The position numbers and the translations under genes are program-made. Below are positions 37,412-48,532 of a stretch of 59,295 nt of DNA, in pieces. Position 1 is the stretch's first letter, and every line of letters starts with the position of its first letter. Where the stretch lies: the NCBI GenBank assembly GCA_041688385.1, contig JBDNIH010000127.1, forward strand, positions 1 through 59,295. Reading direction: 5' to 3'. The notes beneath the pieces are model-generated. The model saw only the letters and a list, made by a program, of their open reading frames with translations, was not told where the DNA came from and searched no databases. This stretch comes from Bacteroidia bacterium (GTDB taxonomy: Bacteria; Bacteroidota; Bacteroidia; UBA7662).

Positions 37412-37789
37412 ATGTTGTCGCTGAAACATATAGTACTTACCACCCTTGCTGCTGCCTATTTGTTGGCGTCAACAGGATTGGTGGTGAACTTGCATTATTG
37501 TCTTGGCCGCGTTAAAGCGGTCACGTTGGCAGTGCAGGAAAAAGAGCACTGTATATGTCCAGAGCCGACGGTCGAAAAGGATTGTTGCCGTTCGGAGCAA
37601 CAGTTGCTCGAAACGCAATCGACCCATCTGTTAGCGGAAACGTTTGTATTTCAACCCGCCTTCATCACGCATGTGCGCGGTGTTGATGTTAAAAACGAGG
37701 CGCTATTTGAGAGCCATCTCACCAATGAGTTCGCAACACGCGGTCCGCCAGCGCCCATTTATAAACGGAATCAGGTTTTTAGGTTATAG
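37412..37789 (+). CDS. HYC_CC_PP-type small membrane-anchored protein
   Basis: N-terminal TM helix followed by LHYC, DCC and GPPAP motifs. The family name is recalled from memory. It lies upstream of the HMA and TonB-receptor genes. Confidence 0.55.
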   Translation: MLSLKHIVLTTLAAAYLLASTGLVVNLHYCLGRVKAVTLAVQEKEHCICPEPTVEKDCCRSEQQLLETQSTHLLAETFVFQPAFITHVRGVDVKNEALFESHLTNEFATRGPPAPIYKRNQVFRL

Positions 37790-37842
37790 ACCGGCGATTT
37801 ATAATTTGTCCAATTTATTTAAATCTCTAAAAACCAAAAACC

Positions 37843-38217
37843 ATGAAATATTTCCAAAAACGCAATATATTACTCTTTACACTTGGCTTTCTTTTTGCTT
37901 TCAGTCAAAGTGTTTCGGCTCAAAAGCTGCCAAAAAAAGCCGAAACTAAATTTACAGTCTACGGTAATTGCGGTATGTGTGAAAAACGCATCGAAACAGC
38001 TCTTGATTTAAAAGGCATCACTTTTTCTGATTGGGATAGAAACACCAAAGAGGTGTATATCAAATACAATCCACGTATTGTTAGCGAAGATGAGCTGCAT
38101 AAGCTTATTACAGCCGTTGGCCACGATACCAATAAAATGAAAGCCGATACAACGGTTTACAGCAAACTCCCCGGTTGTTGCTTGTACCGCGAAAATCCGA
38201 ATACCCATAGCGATTAA
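37843..38217 (+). CDS. heavy-metal-associated (HMA) domain protein, secreted
   Basis: Signal peptide followed by VYGNCGMCEKRIETAL (CxxC metal-binding loop). Confidence 0.8.
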   Translation: MKYFQKRNILLFTLGFLFAFSQSVSAQKLPKKAETKFTVYGNCGMCEKRIETALDLKGITFSDWDRNTKEVYIKYNPRIVSEDELHKLITAVGHDTNKMKADTTVYSKLPGCCLYRENPNTHSD

Positions 38218-38228
38218 GGTTTTTAATC

Positions 38229-40481
38229 GTGTATTATTTACGGATACTCAGCATTGTTATGCTGGGGTTGTTGTTGCTTCCTGATGATTTAGCAGCACAA
38301 ACCAATCTGCAGGGTTTTGTATTGGAAGAAGATGAAAAGGGTCGACTTAAGCCACTTATCGCCGCCAATGTGTATTGGTTAGGGAGTACAAGCGGTACCA
38401 CTAGCGATGCGAAGGGCTTTTTTAGTCTGCCCTTGCTTTCGGGGAGCTCGAAACTGGTTATCAGCTACATCGGCTATAAAAACGATACGATCATCATCTC
38501 TCGTCAGCAGGAAGTGAAGGTGATTCTCAAAAATGCCCGTAATTTATCAGTGATTGAAATCAGCGGGGATAGGGCCAGCACGTTTATTTCGTCGATTAAC
38601 CCAATTAAAACTCAGGTGATGACAGAACAAGAGCTTTTTAAGGCGGCTTGTTGTAATCTCAGTGAAAGTTTTGAGACCAATCCGTCGGTGGACGTGAGTT
38701 ATACCGATGCAGTTACCGGTGTTAAACAAATTCAGATGTTGGGTTTATCGGGCAGCTACATTCAATTACAACGGGAGAATATGCCGGATGTACGTGGTTT
38801 GTCGGGCTTTTATGGGCTCAATTTTACACCGGGCAGTTGGATCGAGTCTATTCAACTTACCAAGGGGGTAGGTTCGGTGTTTAATGGTTACGAAAGTATT
38901 TCAGGTCAGCTTAATGTTGAGTTGAAAAAACCAGACACGGGCGATTCTGTCTTTGCAAATGGTTATCTCAACCAAATGGGGCGCTCAGAAGCGAATTGGT
39001 ACAGCCGCCATCGTTTAAATACGAAATGGAGCACTGCATTTTTATTGCATGGAAATCTGACTACCCGAAAAAACGATGTAAATGGTGATGGTTTTTTGGA
39101 TATGCCTACGGGTAGTCAATGGAACGTCATTAACCGATGGAAGTACGACAATGGCCAGGGCATTATTGGTCAGTTTAGTGTGCAAGCGCTGAATGATGAG
39201 CGCATTGGGGGTCAAAGGGCATTTGATCCCAGTGGAGAACGCACCACCACCACGGCTTATGGTACGGGTATGCAGTTGCAGCGGTATTCAGTCGATGGTA
39301 AACTGGGCTATCTTTTCCCCATGGATCGCTATCGCAGCATTGGTCTGCAGTTGAAACTGGTGGATCAACGGTCCAGTGGGTATTTTGGGTTGAATAATTA
39401 TATCGGTAACCAGCAAACGCTTTATGCCAACCTAATTTTTCAGGATATTTTGGGCACCACCGACTGGAAGTACCGCGCGGGTTTAAGCCTACTTTATGAC
39501 GACTATGACGAGTCATATCGTGGGACAAATTACCAGCGGAGGGAACAAGTGCCTGGAGCCTTTTACGAGCTGACTTATTTGCGTTCTCGTTGGAGTGTGG
39601 TGGGTGGTTTGCGCTATGACTTCCATAATCTTTATGGTGGATTTTTTACGCCACGAATCCATGCTAAATACGATATCACGGAAAATACGGCGATTCGGGC
39701 ATCGGCAGGAAGGGGCTATCGCGTTGCGAATGTGTTGATGGAAAATTTAGGGGGATTGGTAAGTAGTCGTGTACTCAACATTCAGGCGCAGAATAACAGC
39801 GGCTATGGATTGAACCCGGAAATTGCCTGGAATTATGGTTTGAACCTCACACATGCTTTCCGACTTGCCCGTAGGGATGGTTATTTATCGCTGGATTATT
39901 ACCACACGCGGTTCGAAAATCAGGTGGTGGCAGATTATGACTTTTCACCGCAACAGTTGTTGATCTATAATCTTAATGGGCGTTCTTTTAGCAATAGTTT
40001 TCAGGCAGAGTTGAATTATCAGCCGATTACGCGCATGGATGTTCGGTTAGCGTATCGTTTTTTGGATGTTCGTACCGACTACGCTACTGCTTTTTTAAGC
40101 AAACCACTGATTGCTCCCCATCGTTTATTTGCCAATGTAGGCTATAAAACACGGGGCGATTGGTCGTTTGATTATACGGTGCAGTGGTTTAGCTCCAAAA
40201 GACTACCTTCTACTGCAACAAATCCGGACGCCTTTCGCTTTCCCGATCAGTCGCCTGCTTTTGTGCTCATGAATGCTCAGATTAGTAAAAAATTGGGGCG
40301 GTGGGATGTTTATATTGGCCTTGAAAATGTGGGTGATTTTCGCCAACAGCAGTTGGTGAATTCTGCCAACGACCCCTACTCGCCTTATTTTGATGCCTCT
40401 TTGGTTTGGGGACCAGCTATTGAACGTATGGTTTACATTGGTTTTCGCTGGAGGATCAGTCCCCCTTCACCAACATTGTAA
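38229..40481 (+). CDS. TonB-dependent receptor with an N-terminal carboxypeptidase-regulatory-like domain
   Basis: 750 aa with signal peptide, plug region (IEISG...VTGVKQIQMLG) and a beta-barrel ending in an aromatic-rich C-terminus. The start is the GTG at 38229 or the ATG at 38259. Confidence 0.9.
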   Translation: MYYLRILSIVMLGLLLLPDDLAAQTNLQGFVLEEDEKGRLKPLIAANVYWLGSTSGTTSDAKGFFSLPLLSGSSKLVISYIGYKNDTIIISRQQEVKVILKNARNLSVIEISGDRASTFISSINPIKTQVMTEQELFKAACCNLSESFETNPSVDVSYTDAVTGVKQIQMLGLSGSYIQLQRENMPDVRGLSGFYGLNFTPGSWIESIQLTKGVGSVFNGYESISGQLNVELKKPDTGDSVFANGYLNQMGRSEANWYSRHRLNTKWSTAFLLHGNLTTRKNDVNGDGFLDMPTGSQWNVINRWKYDNGQGIIGQFSVQALNDERIGGQRAFDPSGERTTTTAYGTGMQLQRYSVDGKLGYLFPMDRYRSIGLQLKLVDQRSSGYFGLNNYIGNQQTLYANLIFQDILGTTDWKYRAGLSLLYDDYDESYRGTNYQRREQVPGAFYELTYLRSRWSVVGGLRYDFHNLYGGFFTPRIHAKYDITENTAIRASAGRGYRVANVLMENLGGLVSSRVLNIQAQNNSGYGLNPEIAWNYGLNLTHAFRLARRDGYLSLDYYHTRFENQVVADYDFSPQQLLIYNLNGRSFSNSFQAELNYQPITRMDVRLAYRFLDVRTDYATAFLSKPLIAPHRLFANVGYKTRGDWSFDYTVQWFSSKRLPSTATNPDAFRFPDQSPAFVLMNAQISKKLGRWDVYIGLENVGDFRQQQLVNSANDPYSPYFDASLVWGPAIERMVYIGFRWRISPPSPTL

Positions 40482-40938
40482 CAACTGGCCAAACCAAATC
40501 CGATTCAAAGCCTTTTCGGATGAGGTGTTCCGCCAATTTATTTTTACGAATCCAAGGGTCTGCCTCCGCGATGGAGGCAGCCTTTTTTTCGGCTGTTTGT
40601 AATAATATAGCTGCATATTCGGCCTCATCAATGGCTTCAAGTGCTATTTTTTGACAATATTCAGAGATGTGTTTTTCGAAAAAGGCTTGTGAAATGCGTC
40701 GCCGACCCCAGTGTTTTTGTCGAAGCTTGCTGACCGCGTAAAGTTTGGCAAAACGCTCTTCATTGAGAAAATTCTCCCGAATTAGTGCGGCTATAAAGTC
40801 ATCTTGTTTGTAAAACGGAATCTTTAGTCGGTCCATTTTTGCTTTCAGTTCACTATGACAGCGTTCTTGATAAGCGCAGAAGCTGCGGAGCATTTCTAAC
40901 AGCTGAATATCATCGGGGGGAGCGGCCTTGGAGCGCAT
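40456..40938 (-). CDS. recX: regulatory protein RecX
   Basis: 160 aa from the ATG at 40938, with a RecX-like helical-repeat sequence (YQERCHSEL..., FLNEERFAKLY..., HWGRRRI). Confidence 0.8.
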   Translation of the reverse strand: MRSKAAPPDDIQLLEMLRSFCAYQERCHSELKAKMDRLKIPFYKQDDFIAALIRENFLNEERFAKLYAVSKLRQKHWGRRRISQAFFEKHISEYCQKIALEAIDEAEYAAILLQTAEKKAASIAEADPWIRKNKLAEHLIRKGFESDLVWPVVTMLVKGD

Positions 40939-40959
40939 TTTTGGTTGTAGTTTCGGGAC

Positions 40960-42261
40960 GTGAAAAATACCAGCCGCTTCGAGAACAAACAAGCCCTGTT
41001 ATGGCTCTTTTTGGCCAACACGGTTTCGGGAGCAGCACAAGGTATTAGTATGATTGCGATTCCGTGGTATTTTATCGATATCATTCGAAAACCCGGCGTT
41101 TTTAGCCTTTTTTATGGCGCGCTGACGTTTTTGAGCATATTTTGGGTGATTTATGCGGGCTCGCTTATCGATAAATACAATCGTCGGGAGCTTTTTCGGC
41201 TTTTGTGTCTGGTTTCTGGAGTGGTGGTTTTGTCTATGGCAGCTTGGAGCGGACAATCAGGTGTAGACCAGTTTTTACCCGCTCTAATCGTCATGGCGAT
41301 TACAGTACTTAATTTTAATTTACATTATCCAGCCTTGTATGCTTTTGCCCAGGAACTCACGGACAAGGGTCGTTATGCCAAGGTGGTGAGCTACCTCGAA
41401 ATACAAGGGCAAGCGACCAGTGTTTTGTCAGGTGCTTTGGCGGCGGTTTTATTGAAAGGAACGGTGGCGGGTGAGTTTGTTAATGTGATGGGTTTTAGTG
41501 TAAAACTTCCATTTTTAATACCTGCTTGGTCGTTGTCGCAGATATTTTTGATTGACGGCATCACGTATTTTTTGGCTTTTGGTTGCATAAGTCTTATCCG
41601 CTATCGGCCCCAAATGATACGGGAGATAGAAAGTGGTAGTGCTTGGAAACGCATACGGGTGGGATTCACCTATCTCAAAGCCCGCCCAATGTTGCTCTTA
41701 TTTGGTGTGCTGAGTTATGGCGTTTTTGTGAGTGTAATGGTAGAGGACAAAATTTTACTTCCTGAATATGTACGCACGCAACTGTTGGGCTCGGCTGATA
41801 TTTATGCCTCGGCTAGCATTTGGTTTGCATCGGGGGCCTTGTTGTCGGGTGTAATCACGCGGCGGCTTTTTTCGGGTTGGCACTCTATAGCGGCCATTAG
41901 TTTGTTATTTTTTTTCACGGGATTAGTTTTTTTGGGCTGCACCTGGAGCACCCAAGTGTGGTATTTATACCTTTTTTCGCTGTTGTTTGGTTACGCCAAT
42001 ACGGGTGTTCGGATCTTGCGGGTAAGCTATTTGTTTGCCCATGTGCCTAATCAAATGATTGGGCGGCTGCTTTCTTTTTTTAAAGTGGCTGATACTTTGA
42101 TGCGCAGTCTTTTTATCGGCTTATTTGCGTTGCCGTGGTTTCACATCAACAACAACGTTCGCTTTGGCTATCTGATTTTCGGTATTTTTATCCTACTATG
42201 TGGGCTAATGATGGTGACTACTTTAAAAACCCTTTCGACCCCGCCACAAGATGCATCCTAA
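40960..42261 (+). CDS. MFS transporter
   Basis: 433 aa with about 12 TM helices. GTG start. Confidence 0.8.
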   Translation: MKNTSRFENKQALLWLFLANTVSGAAQGISMIAIPWYFIDIIRKPGVFSLFYGALTFLSIFWVIYAGSLIDKYNRRELFRLLCLVSGVVVLSMAAWSGQSGVDQFLPALIVMAITVLNFNLHYPALYAFAQELTDKGRYAKVVSYLEIQGQATSVLSGALAAVLLKGTVAGEFVNVMGFSVKLPFLIPAWSLSQIFLIDGITYFLAFGCISLIRYRPQMIREIESGSAWKRIRVGFTYLKARPMLLLFGVLSYGVFVSVMVEDKILLPEYVRTQLLGSADIYASASIWFASGALLSGVITRRLFSGWHSIAAISLLFFFTGLVFLGCTWSTQVWYLYLFSLLFGYANTGVRILRVSYLFAHVPNQMIGRLLSFFKVADTLMRSLFIGLFALPWFHINNNVRFGYLIFGIFILLCGLMMVTTLKTLSTPPQDAS

Positions 42262-44731
42262 ACTTAGTTTGAAACAATTGGCCAAGGCGTGTGGCGGAGC
42301 TATTTTACGCGAAGGACTATCGAATGATGTTTCGGCATTGGCTTTCGATAGCCGGAAGTTGCCTGAGCCGGACGGCACCGTTTTTTTTGCCCTTAAAAGC
42401 GCCACTAATGATGGGTTACGCTTTCTCGAGGACGCCTACCGCAAGGGGGTAAGGACTTTTGTCGTGCCACGTAATTTTTTCCCAGACAAGCGCCTGTCGG
42501 AAGGGTCGTTTGTTGAAGTGGAGGACACGCTGCTGGCGCTACAAGCGCTGGCAACCGCCCACCGCCGACAGTTTACGCTCAAAGTGGTGGGTATTACTGG
42601 TAGTAACGGCAAAACAATCGTTAAAGATTGGCTTTCCCAACTGGTAGGAGCAGATCAACGGGTTTGTAAAAGTCCGAAAAGCTACAATAGTCAGATTGGC
42701 GTGCCCATATCGGTATGGGAGCTGCGGGCTGGTGATACGTTGGCAATTTTTGAAGCTGGTATCTCGCAGCCTGGAGAGATGGAGCGGCTAGCTCGGATTA
42801 TTCAACCAACTCAAGGCATATTCACAAATATTGGTGAGGCGCACGGAGAGAGCTTTAGCGATAAGACGGCCAAAATCTGGGAGAAGCTCCGATTATTTGA
42901 ACAATGCGAAAAACTTATTTATACAGCCGACAATTCGGAATTGACCGCAGAAATAAAGCTTTTTTCAGAAAAACATCCCCGGTTACGCGTCATAAGCTGG
43001 AGTCAACAACACCCAGCTGATTACCAGATTAGCACTTCTCTTTCTGGTAAAGATGCTTTGGAAATACAGGTGAGCGGAAAAAAAAGCGGCAGCTTCCACA
43101 TCCCTTTTGCTGATAAAGCCAGTCTTGAAAACGCCATGCATGCCTGGGTTTGGATGGTAGAAAACGGCTACGATCCGCAAGATATTGCTCCCCGTTTTAT
43201 GACACTGCCGCGAATACGTATGCGGATGGAGATGAAAGCCGCTATTAATAGCAGCACGCTTATCAACGATAGCTATAGCCTCGACTTGGATTCACTCGGT
43301 ATTGCGCTCGATTATCTCGACCGCCTCACCCATCACAAACAGAAGACGGTTATACTATCGGATTTTGACCAGAACGCGGGTGAAGATGAAGCGCTTTTTA
43401 AGCGGGTAGCCACTTTGTTACGGGAGCACCGCATCGACCGACTTGTGGGCGTTGGTACATTGATGACCCGGTATAAAAAACAGTTTACCGGAATAAAAAC
43501 GCACTTTTTTGAACGCACCAACCAGGCTGCTGCAGAATTGGGGCGGTTGGGTTTTGCGAATGAGGCCATTTTGCTGAAGGGGGCACGCCGTTTTGGTTTT
43601 GAACAATTAGAGCAACAGCTGGCGCTCAAACAACACCAGACGGTTCTAGAGATAGATCTAGATGCCATGCTCCACAACTATCAGTTTTATCGTGCGTTGC
43701 TCAAGCCCAATACACGCATGATGGTGATGGTGAAAGCATTTTCTTATGGCAGCGGCACTTTTGAGGTTGCGAGTTTGCTGCAGCACCATCGGGCCGATTA
43801 TTTAGCCGTTGCTTACGCCGACGAGGGTGTTGCCTTACGAGAAGCTGGTATCACATTGCCCATTATGGTAATGAATGTGGAGCCCGCAGGTCTGGAGAAA
43901 TTGGTGCGCTATCAACTTGAACCAGAGGTATATAGTTTTCGGTTACTTGAGGAGCTCATCACCTATCTGCAAGCCACCGAAACGAAGGGATTGGCCATTC
44001 ATCTGAATATCGACACTGGTATGAAACGCCTGGGTTTTGACTGTGATGAAGTGATGGAGTTGGGAAATTTACTTAAAAACCAACGCGAAGTGAGGGTTGC
44101 GTCGGTGTACTCTCATCTTGTAGCGAGCGACGCTTCTGAGCATCTTGCGTTTACCTTAGATCAAATTTCGAACTTCAAAAAAGCCGCGGACCAGTTGAGC
44201 GAAAATCTGGGCTATAAACCGCTTGTCCATATCTTAAATACGGCAGGTATAATTAATTTTTCAGAGGCACAATTTGATATGGTGCGTCTGGGGATTGGAC
44301 TATATGGTTACGATAGCGCACAACATTTTCAGGACAAACTGCAGGTGGTAGGCACGCTAAAAACCGTTATTTCGCAGCTTAGAACCGTGAAAGCCAGCGA
44401 AACTATTGGTTACAACCGCAATGGCAAAACGGAGCACGATAGTACCATAGCTACTTTACCCATTGGTTATGCCGACGGTATTGGCCGTATGGCAGGACAT
44501 GGAAAAATGACTGTTTTGGTAAATGGAAAAGAGGCGTCGACCATCGGCAACATTTGTATGGACATGCTTATGGTTAACGTGAGCGGCATCACCTGTAAAG
44601 AGGGGGATGAGGTCGTAATTTTTGGTCCGCAACACAATATCGAGAAGTTGGCCACAGCCTTGGGCACCATTCCCTACGAGGTGCTCACCAATGTTTCGCA
44701 GCGCGTGAAGCGGGTTTACCTGAAAGACTAG
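42251..44731 (+). CDS. bifunctional UDP-N-acetylmuramoyl-tripeptide--D-alanyl-D-alanine ligase / alanine racemase
   Basis: 826 aa. The N-terminal Mur ligase part has GITGSNGKT. The C-terminal Alr part has the PLP-lysine context VMVKAFSYGSG and GYADG. Confidence 0.92.
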   Translation: MHPKLSLKQLAKACGGAILREGLSNDVSALAFDSRKLPEPDGTVFFALKSATNDGLRFLEDAYRKGVRTFVVPRNFFPDKRLSEGSFVEVEDTLLALQALATAHRRQFTLKVVGITGSNGKTIVKDWLSQLVGADQRVCKSPKSYNSQIGVPISVWELRAGDTLAIFEAGISQPGEMERLARIIQPTQGIFTNIGEAHGESFSDKTAKIWEKLRLFEQCEKLIYTADNSELTAEIKLFSEKHPRLRVISWSQQHPADYQISTSLSGKDALEIQVSGKKSGSFHIPFADKASLENAMHAWVWMVENGYDPQDIAPRFMTLPRIRMRMEMKAAINSSTLINDSYSLDLDSLGIALDYLDRLTHHKQKTVILSDFDQNAGEDEALFKRVATLLREHRIDRLVGVGTLMTRYKKQFTGIKTHFFERTNQAAAELGRLGFANEAILLKGARRFGFEQLEQQLALKQHQTVLEIDLDAMLHNYQFYRALLKPNTRMMVMVKAFSYGSGTFEVASLLQHHRADYLAVAYADEGVALREAGITLPIMVMNVEPAGLEKLVRYQLEPEVYSFRLLEELITYLQATETKGLAIHLNIDTGMKRLGFDCDEVMELGNLLKNQREVRVASVYSHLVASDASEHLAFTLDQISNFKKAADQLSENLGYKPLVHILNTAGIINFSEAQFDMVRLGIGLYGYDSAQHFQDKLQVVGTLKTVISQLRTVKASETIGYNRNGKTEHDSTIATLPIGYADGIGRMAGHGKMTVLVNGKEASTIGNICMDMLMVNVSGITCKEGDEVVIFGPQHNIEKLATALGTIPYEVLTNVSQRVKRVYLKD

Positions 44732-44774
44732 CTTCTGGGTTCAGATTTGCACAGTGCTTTTTGGGGTTAAAACG

Positions 44775-44782
44775 TATTTTTG
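44775..44782 (+). promoter_or_regulatory. candidate -7 box TATTTTTG for gmd
   Basis: Exact TAnnTTTG match 23 nt upstream of the gmd ATG. Confidence 0.4.
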
Positions 44783-44805
44783 TCATCTAGCCTAAAGGCT
44801 CATCC

Positions 44806-45942
44806 ATGAAAGTAGCACTCATTACCGGCATTACCGGACAAGACGGCGCATATCTCGCCGAATTATTGCTCGACAAAGGTTATCTGGTGCATGGCATCAA
44901 ACGCCGCGCATCTTTATTTAATACCGACCGCATCGATCACCTTTATCAGGATCCCCATGAAAAAGGCGTGCGGCTCAAGCTGCATTATGGCGATTTAACC
45001 GATAGTTCTAACCTGATTCGCATCATCCAAGAAGTGCGTCCTGATGAGATCTACAATCTGGCGGCGATGAGTCATGTGCAAGTGAGCTTTGAAACCCCCG
45101 AATACACCGCTAATGCGGATGCTTTGGGGCCGTTGCGTATCCTGGAGGCCGTTCGCATTTGTGGTCTGGAGCAGAAAACACGTATTTATCAAGCCTCTAC
45201 TTCGGAGCTTTATGGTTTAGTTCAGGAAGTGCCCCAAAGTGAAAAAACGCCGTTCTATCCACGCTCACCGTATGGTGTAGCCAAATTGTATGGCTACTGG
45301 ATTACCGTGAACTACCGAGAAGCGTATGGCATGTACGCTTGCAACGGTATTTTATTTAATCATGAGTCGCCCACCCGTGGGGAGACTTTCGTAACCCGGA
45401 AAATCACCCGTGCCGCCAGCAAAATTTCACTCGGTATGCAGGAAAAGTTATATCTCGGCAATTTGGATGCGCAACGCGACTGGGGACATGCTAAAGATTA
45501 CGTAGAGGCCATGTATCTCATGCTTCAGCAAGACAAGCCGGAAGATTTTGTGATAGCTACAGGCGTTACGACCTACGTGCGTGACTTTGTGAAAATGGCT
45601 TTTGAAGAGGTAGGCATTGGTTTGTTCTTTTCGGGCGAAGGCGAGGCCGAAATAGGCACGGTACAAACGCTTAATCTAGATCTGATGCAGAAAAAGGGCA
45701 TTAAATCCGCGGCGGTAGCCGTCGGACAGGAACTGGTGGCAGTAGATCCTCGGTATTTCAGACCGACAGAAGTAGACTTGCTCATTGGGGACCCCACCAA
45801 AGCCAACAAACAGCTGGGTTGGAAACCAAAACACAGTCTGGCAAGCTTGGTACACGACATGATGGAGAGTGACCTCAAATTGATGCAGAAGCAACAATTT
45901 TTGGAAGAAGGGGGTTATGATATTCTGGTGCAACACGAATAA
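44806..45942 (+). CDS. gmd: GDP-mannose 4,6-dehydratase
   Basis: Contains [19 protein letters not shown], the YxxxK context YGVAKLY, and [11 protein letters not shown]. Confidence 0.97.
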   Translation: MKVALITGITGQDGAYLAELLLDKGYLVHGIKRRASLFNTDRIDHLYQDPHEKGVRLKLHYGDLTDSSNLIRIIQEVRPDEIYNLAAMSHVQVSFETPEYTANADALGPLRILEAVRICGLEQKTRIYQASTSELYGLVQEVPQSEKTPFYPRSPYGVAKLYGYWITVNYREAYGMYACNGILFNHESPTRGETFVTRKITRAASKISLGMQEKLYLGNLDAQRDWGHAKDYVEAMYLMLQQDKPEDFVIATGVTTYVRDFVKMAFEEVGIGLFFSGEGEAEIGTVQTLNLDLMQKKGIKSAAVAVGQELVAVDPRYFRPTEVDLLIGDPTKANKQLGWKPKHSLASLVHDMMESDLKLMQKQQFLEEGGYDILVQHE

Positions 45943-46018
45943 TTATTAATGTAGGTGCATATTTCGCAAAATTCTTCAAGTACACAGTTCCGTTAAGTAG
46001 CTAAATCATACATTTAGA

Positions 46019-46954
46019 ATGACCATTTCACAGGAAGCTAAAATATATATCGCAGGTCACAGCGGCATGGTTGGCAGCGCCATTCACCGTGCTTTACAAA
46101 AAAGGGGCTACCGTAATTTTGTGCTGCGTGATAGCAAATCGCTGGACTTACGGAATCAGCAGGCTGTAGCTGATTTTTTTGAAGCTGAAAAGCCGGAATA
46201 TGTCTTTCTCGCTGCAGCCAAAGTTGGGGGTATACAAGCGAACAATATTTATCGTGCGGAATTTTTGCATGATAATCTATTGATTCAAAACAATGTAATT
46301 CACCAGAGTTATGTGCATAGCGTGAAAAAACTGTTGTTTTTAGGCTCAAGTTGTATCTACCCAAAGCTCGCTCCCCAGCCGCTTAAAGAAGAATCGCTAT
46401 TAACAGGTTTGTTAGAACCAACCAATGAGCCCTATGCCATTGCTAAGATTGCTGGCATTAAAATGTGTGACGCATATCGAAGTCAGTATGGCTGTCATTT
46501 TACGAGCATTATGCCTACCAATTTGTATGGGCCTAACGACAATTATGATTTGCAGAACAGTCATGTGCTTCCGGCTCTTATCCGCAAATTTCATGAAGCG
46601 AAAAAAGCAGCACAGCCTACTGTAGAAATATGGGGTAGTGGCGTGCCGTTGCGTGAGTTTTTGTATGTGGATGATATGGCGGAAGCATGCTTATTGGTAA
46701 TGGAAAAGTTCGATGATTATGGTTTTGTAAATGCCGGTTATGGCAGTGATTTGAGCATAGCCAAACTTGCCGAAACCGTGGGCCGTGTGCTTGGTTATTC
46801 GGGTGAGTTGCGGTTTAATACCGAAAAGCCGGATGGTACACCGCGTAAATTGATGGACTCAAGCCGCATTCAAGCCCTTGGTTTTAGGCCTAAAGTAGCG
46901 CTGGAAGAGGGGATTGCGCTGGCTTACGCCGATTTTTTAAGTCGTTACCCCTGA
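46019..46954 (+). CDS. fcl: GDP-L-fucose synthase
   Basis: Contains [19 protein letters not shown] and the YAIAK catalytic context. Confidence 0.95.
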   Translation: MTISQEAKIYIAGHSGMVGSAIHRALQKRGYRNFVLRDSKSLDLRNQQAVADFFEAEKPEYVFLAAAKVGGIQANNIYRAEFLHDNLLIQNNVIHQSYVHSVKKLLFLGSSCIYPKLAPQPLKEESLLTGLLEPTNEPYAIAKIAGIKMCDAYRSQYGCHFTSIMPTNLYGPNDNYDLQNSHVLPALIRKFHEAKKAAQPTVEIWGSGVPLREFLYVDDMAEACLLVMEKFDDYGFVNAGYGSDLSIAKLAETVGRVLGYSGELRFNTEKPDGTPRKLMDSSRIQALGFRPKVALEEGIALAYADFLSRYP

Positions 46955-48489
46955 GGTAACCACCTGTGCCATCCTTTTGGCAGACGCGAGAGCAGTTGTT
47001 CACGGTAGATGGTTATAATTTCGTCTGATAAACGCAATCGGACCATACCATAACCCAACAAGAGGGTCACCAATAAAGAGCGGAAGAGGATATTAAAAAC
47101 ATCGGCCAACGGACCACCCGGTACTAAGGGCAACCAATAAGTGGCTAATAATACGCCTAAAACCAGCAACATCGATTTGAACCAGTTGCTGGTAAATGGT
47201 TGGAGGCCTGTTTTGATACGCAGAAATAGCATTTTCAGCAGTATGAAAAAGCCAAGTGAAATTAATGTTCCTGCAGCGGCACCATTTAAGCCAAAACGAG
47301 GGATCATATAGTAGTTGGCCGAAAAGGATATGACGGCTAAAAAGACGATAGAAACCAAGTTAAAGCGGTAGTGGCGCGAGCTGAGTATGATGTCTCCGTG
47401 TATACCCGTTCCCATATCTATCAGGCGGGCCGCAGAGATAAGCAACACAACAAGCTTGCCTTGACTGAAAATCTCACCTTTGGGCATTAGCCCAAATACG
47501 AGGTCAATATTAATCCAAACCGCAATAAATATCCAGCCGCCCACAAGTAGCTGGTGTAGCGCAGATTTTTTATAAAGCTCTTCGAGTTTGGGCAGATCGT
47601 TTTCTTTCCACGCTTTTGCCACTAGTGGTGAAGCAATACTACTCAACGAGCGGCGGGGCATTTCGATAATGGTGCCGATAAAAAACGCAATCGAATATAT
47701 GCCCGCGGCCGACAAGGAGGCTAGCGAAGCCAGCATAATGCCGTCGATTTTATCGGAGATAATACTTCCCGCCCCACCAATCAGCAACCATGAGGTATAT
47801 ACCAGCATTTCCCAGGCCAAGGGTTTGCCTACTCTTAAATAGCGCCAATGCAGGTGCAATGCGCCCAGCTGACGCAGGTAAACGAACAAAGCGATGACGG
47901 CTAGCACATAGGTGCCAATCAAAAGGGCAATAAAACGTTCAAAATCTATGGTTCCGAAGCCATAAAGCAATACCAATACCATCAACAAGAAACGTAGGCC
48001 AATTTCCCGGATGAAAGTGGGCACGGCAATGCGCAGATTTACTCGGGCATATGCTTCGAGCATCGATTGTAGCATCATCAATCCCGTAAGCGGGATAAAG
48101 CTGAGCAAAAAATCGTTGACCAGAGGTGAGTTTGCCGAGAATAGGCTGATAATGTCGGCCTTGAAGATTAAAAACGCCAAACAAAAGAGCAAAAAACCGA
48201 AGCTCGAAATCAGCAACATCAACAATAAGAAACCATTGTGTTGCCGGCTTTTGTCTTCGAAATACGGAAAAAAACGCGCCATGATGGTTGTCATGCCTAG
48301 TTGTGCAAAAAAGCTCATGGCCAGAGAGGCGCCAAGCAAAATTTCGCGCAGACCGATTTCTTCTGGGGTGAGTATTTTTGGGAAAAGGTAAAGCAGGTTA
48401 AATGCCCCCAGGGCTACGCCGACGTAGGAAACGACCGTTGACTTAAAACCTTGTCGGATGATTATCCCCATGATTTGAATGGATGTCAT
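46945..48489 (-). CDS. MOP-superfamily oligosaccharide/polysaccharide flippase (Wzx-like)
   Basis: About 514 aa with about 14 TM helices. The ATG at 48489 is chosen. Confidence 0.72.
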   Translation of the reverse strand: MTSIQIMGIIIRQGFKSTVVSYVGVALGAFNLLYLFPKILTPEEIGLREILLGASLAMSFFAQLGMTTIMARFFPYFEDKSRQHNGFLLLMLLISSFGFLLFCLAFLIFKADIISLFSANSPLVNDFLLSFIPLTGLMMLQSMLEAYARVNLRIAVPTFIREIGLRFLLMVLVLLYGFGTIDFERFIALLIGTYVLAVIALFVYLRQLGALHLHWRYLRVGKPLAWEMLVYTSWLLIGGAGSIISDKIDGIMLASLASLSAAGIYSIAFFIGTIIEMPRRSLSSIASPLVAKAWKENDLPKLEELYKKSALHQLLVGGWIFIAVWINIDLVFGLMPKGEIFSQGKLVVLLISAARLIDMGTGIHGDIILSSRHYRFNLVSIVFLAVISFSANYYMIPRFGLNGAAAGTLISLGFFILLKMLFLRIKTGLQPFTSNWFKSMLLVLGVLLATYWLPLVPGGPLADVFNILFRSLLVTLLLGYGMVRLRLSDEIITIYREQLLSRLPKGWHRWLPQG

Positions 48490-48532
48490 CAAAAATGCTT
48501 GAATATTTCCATTTTTACAGGAAGAATTTCAA

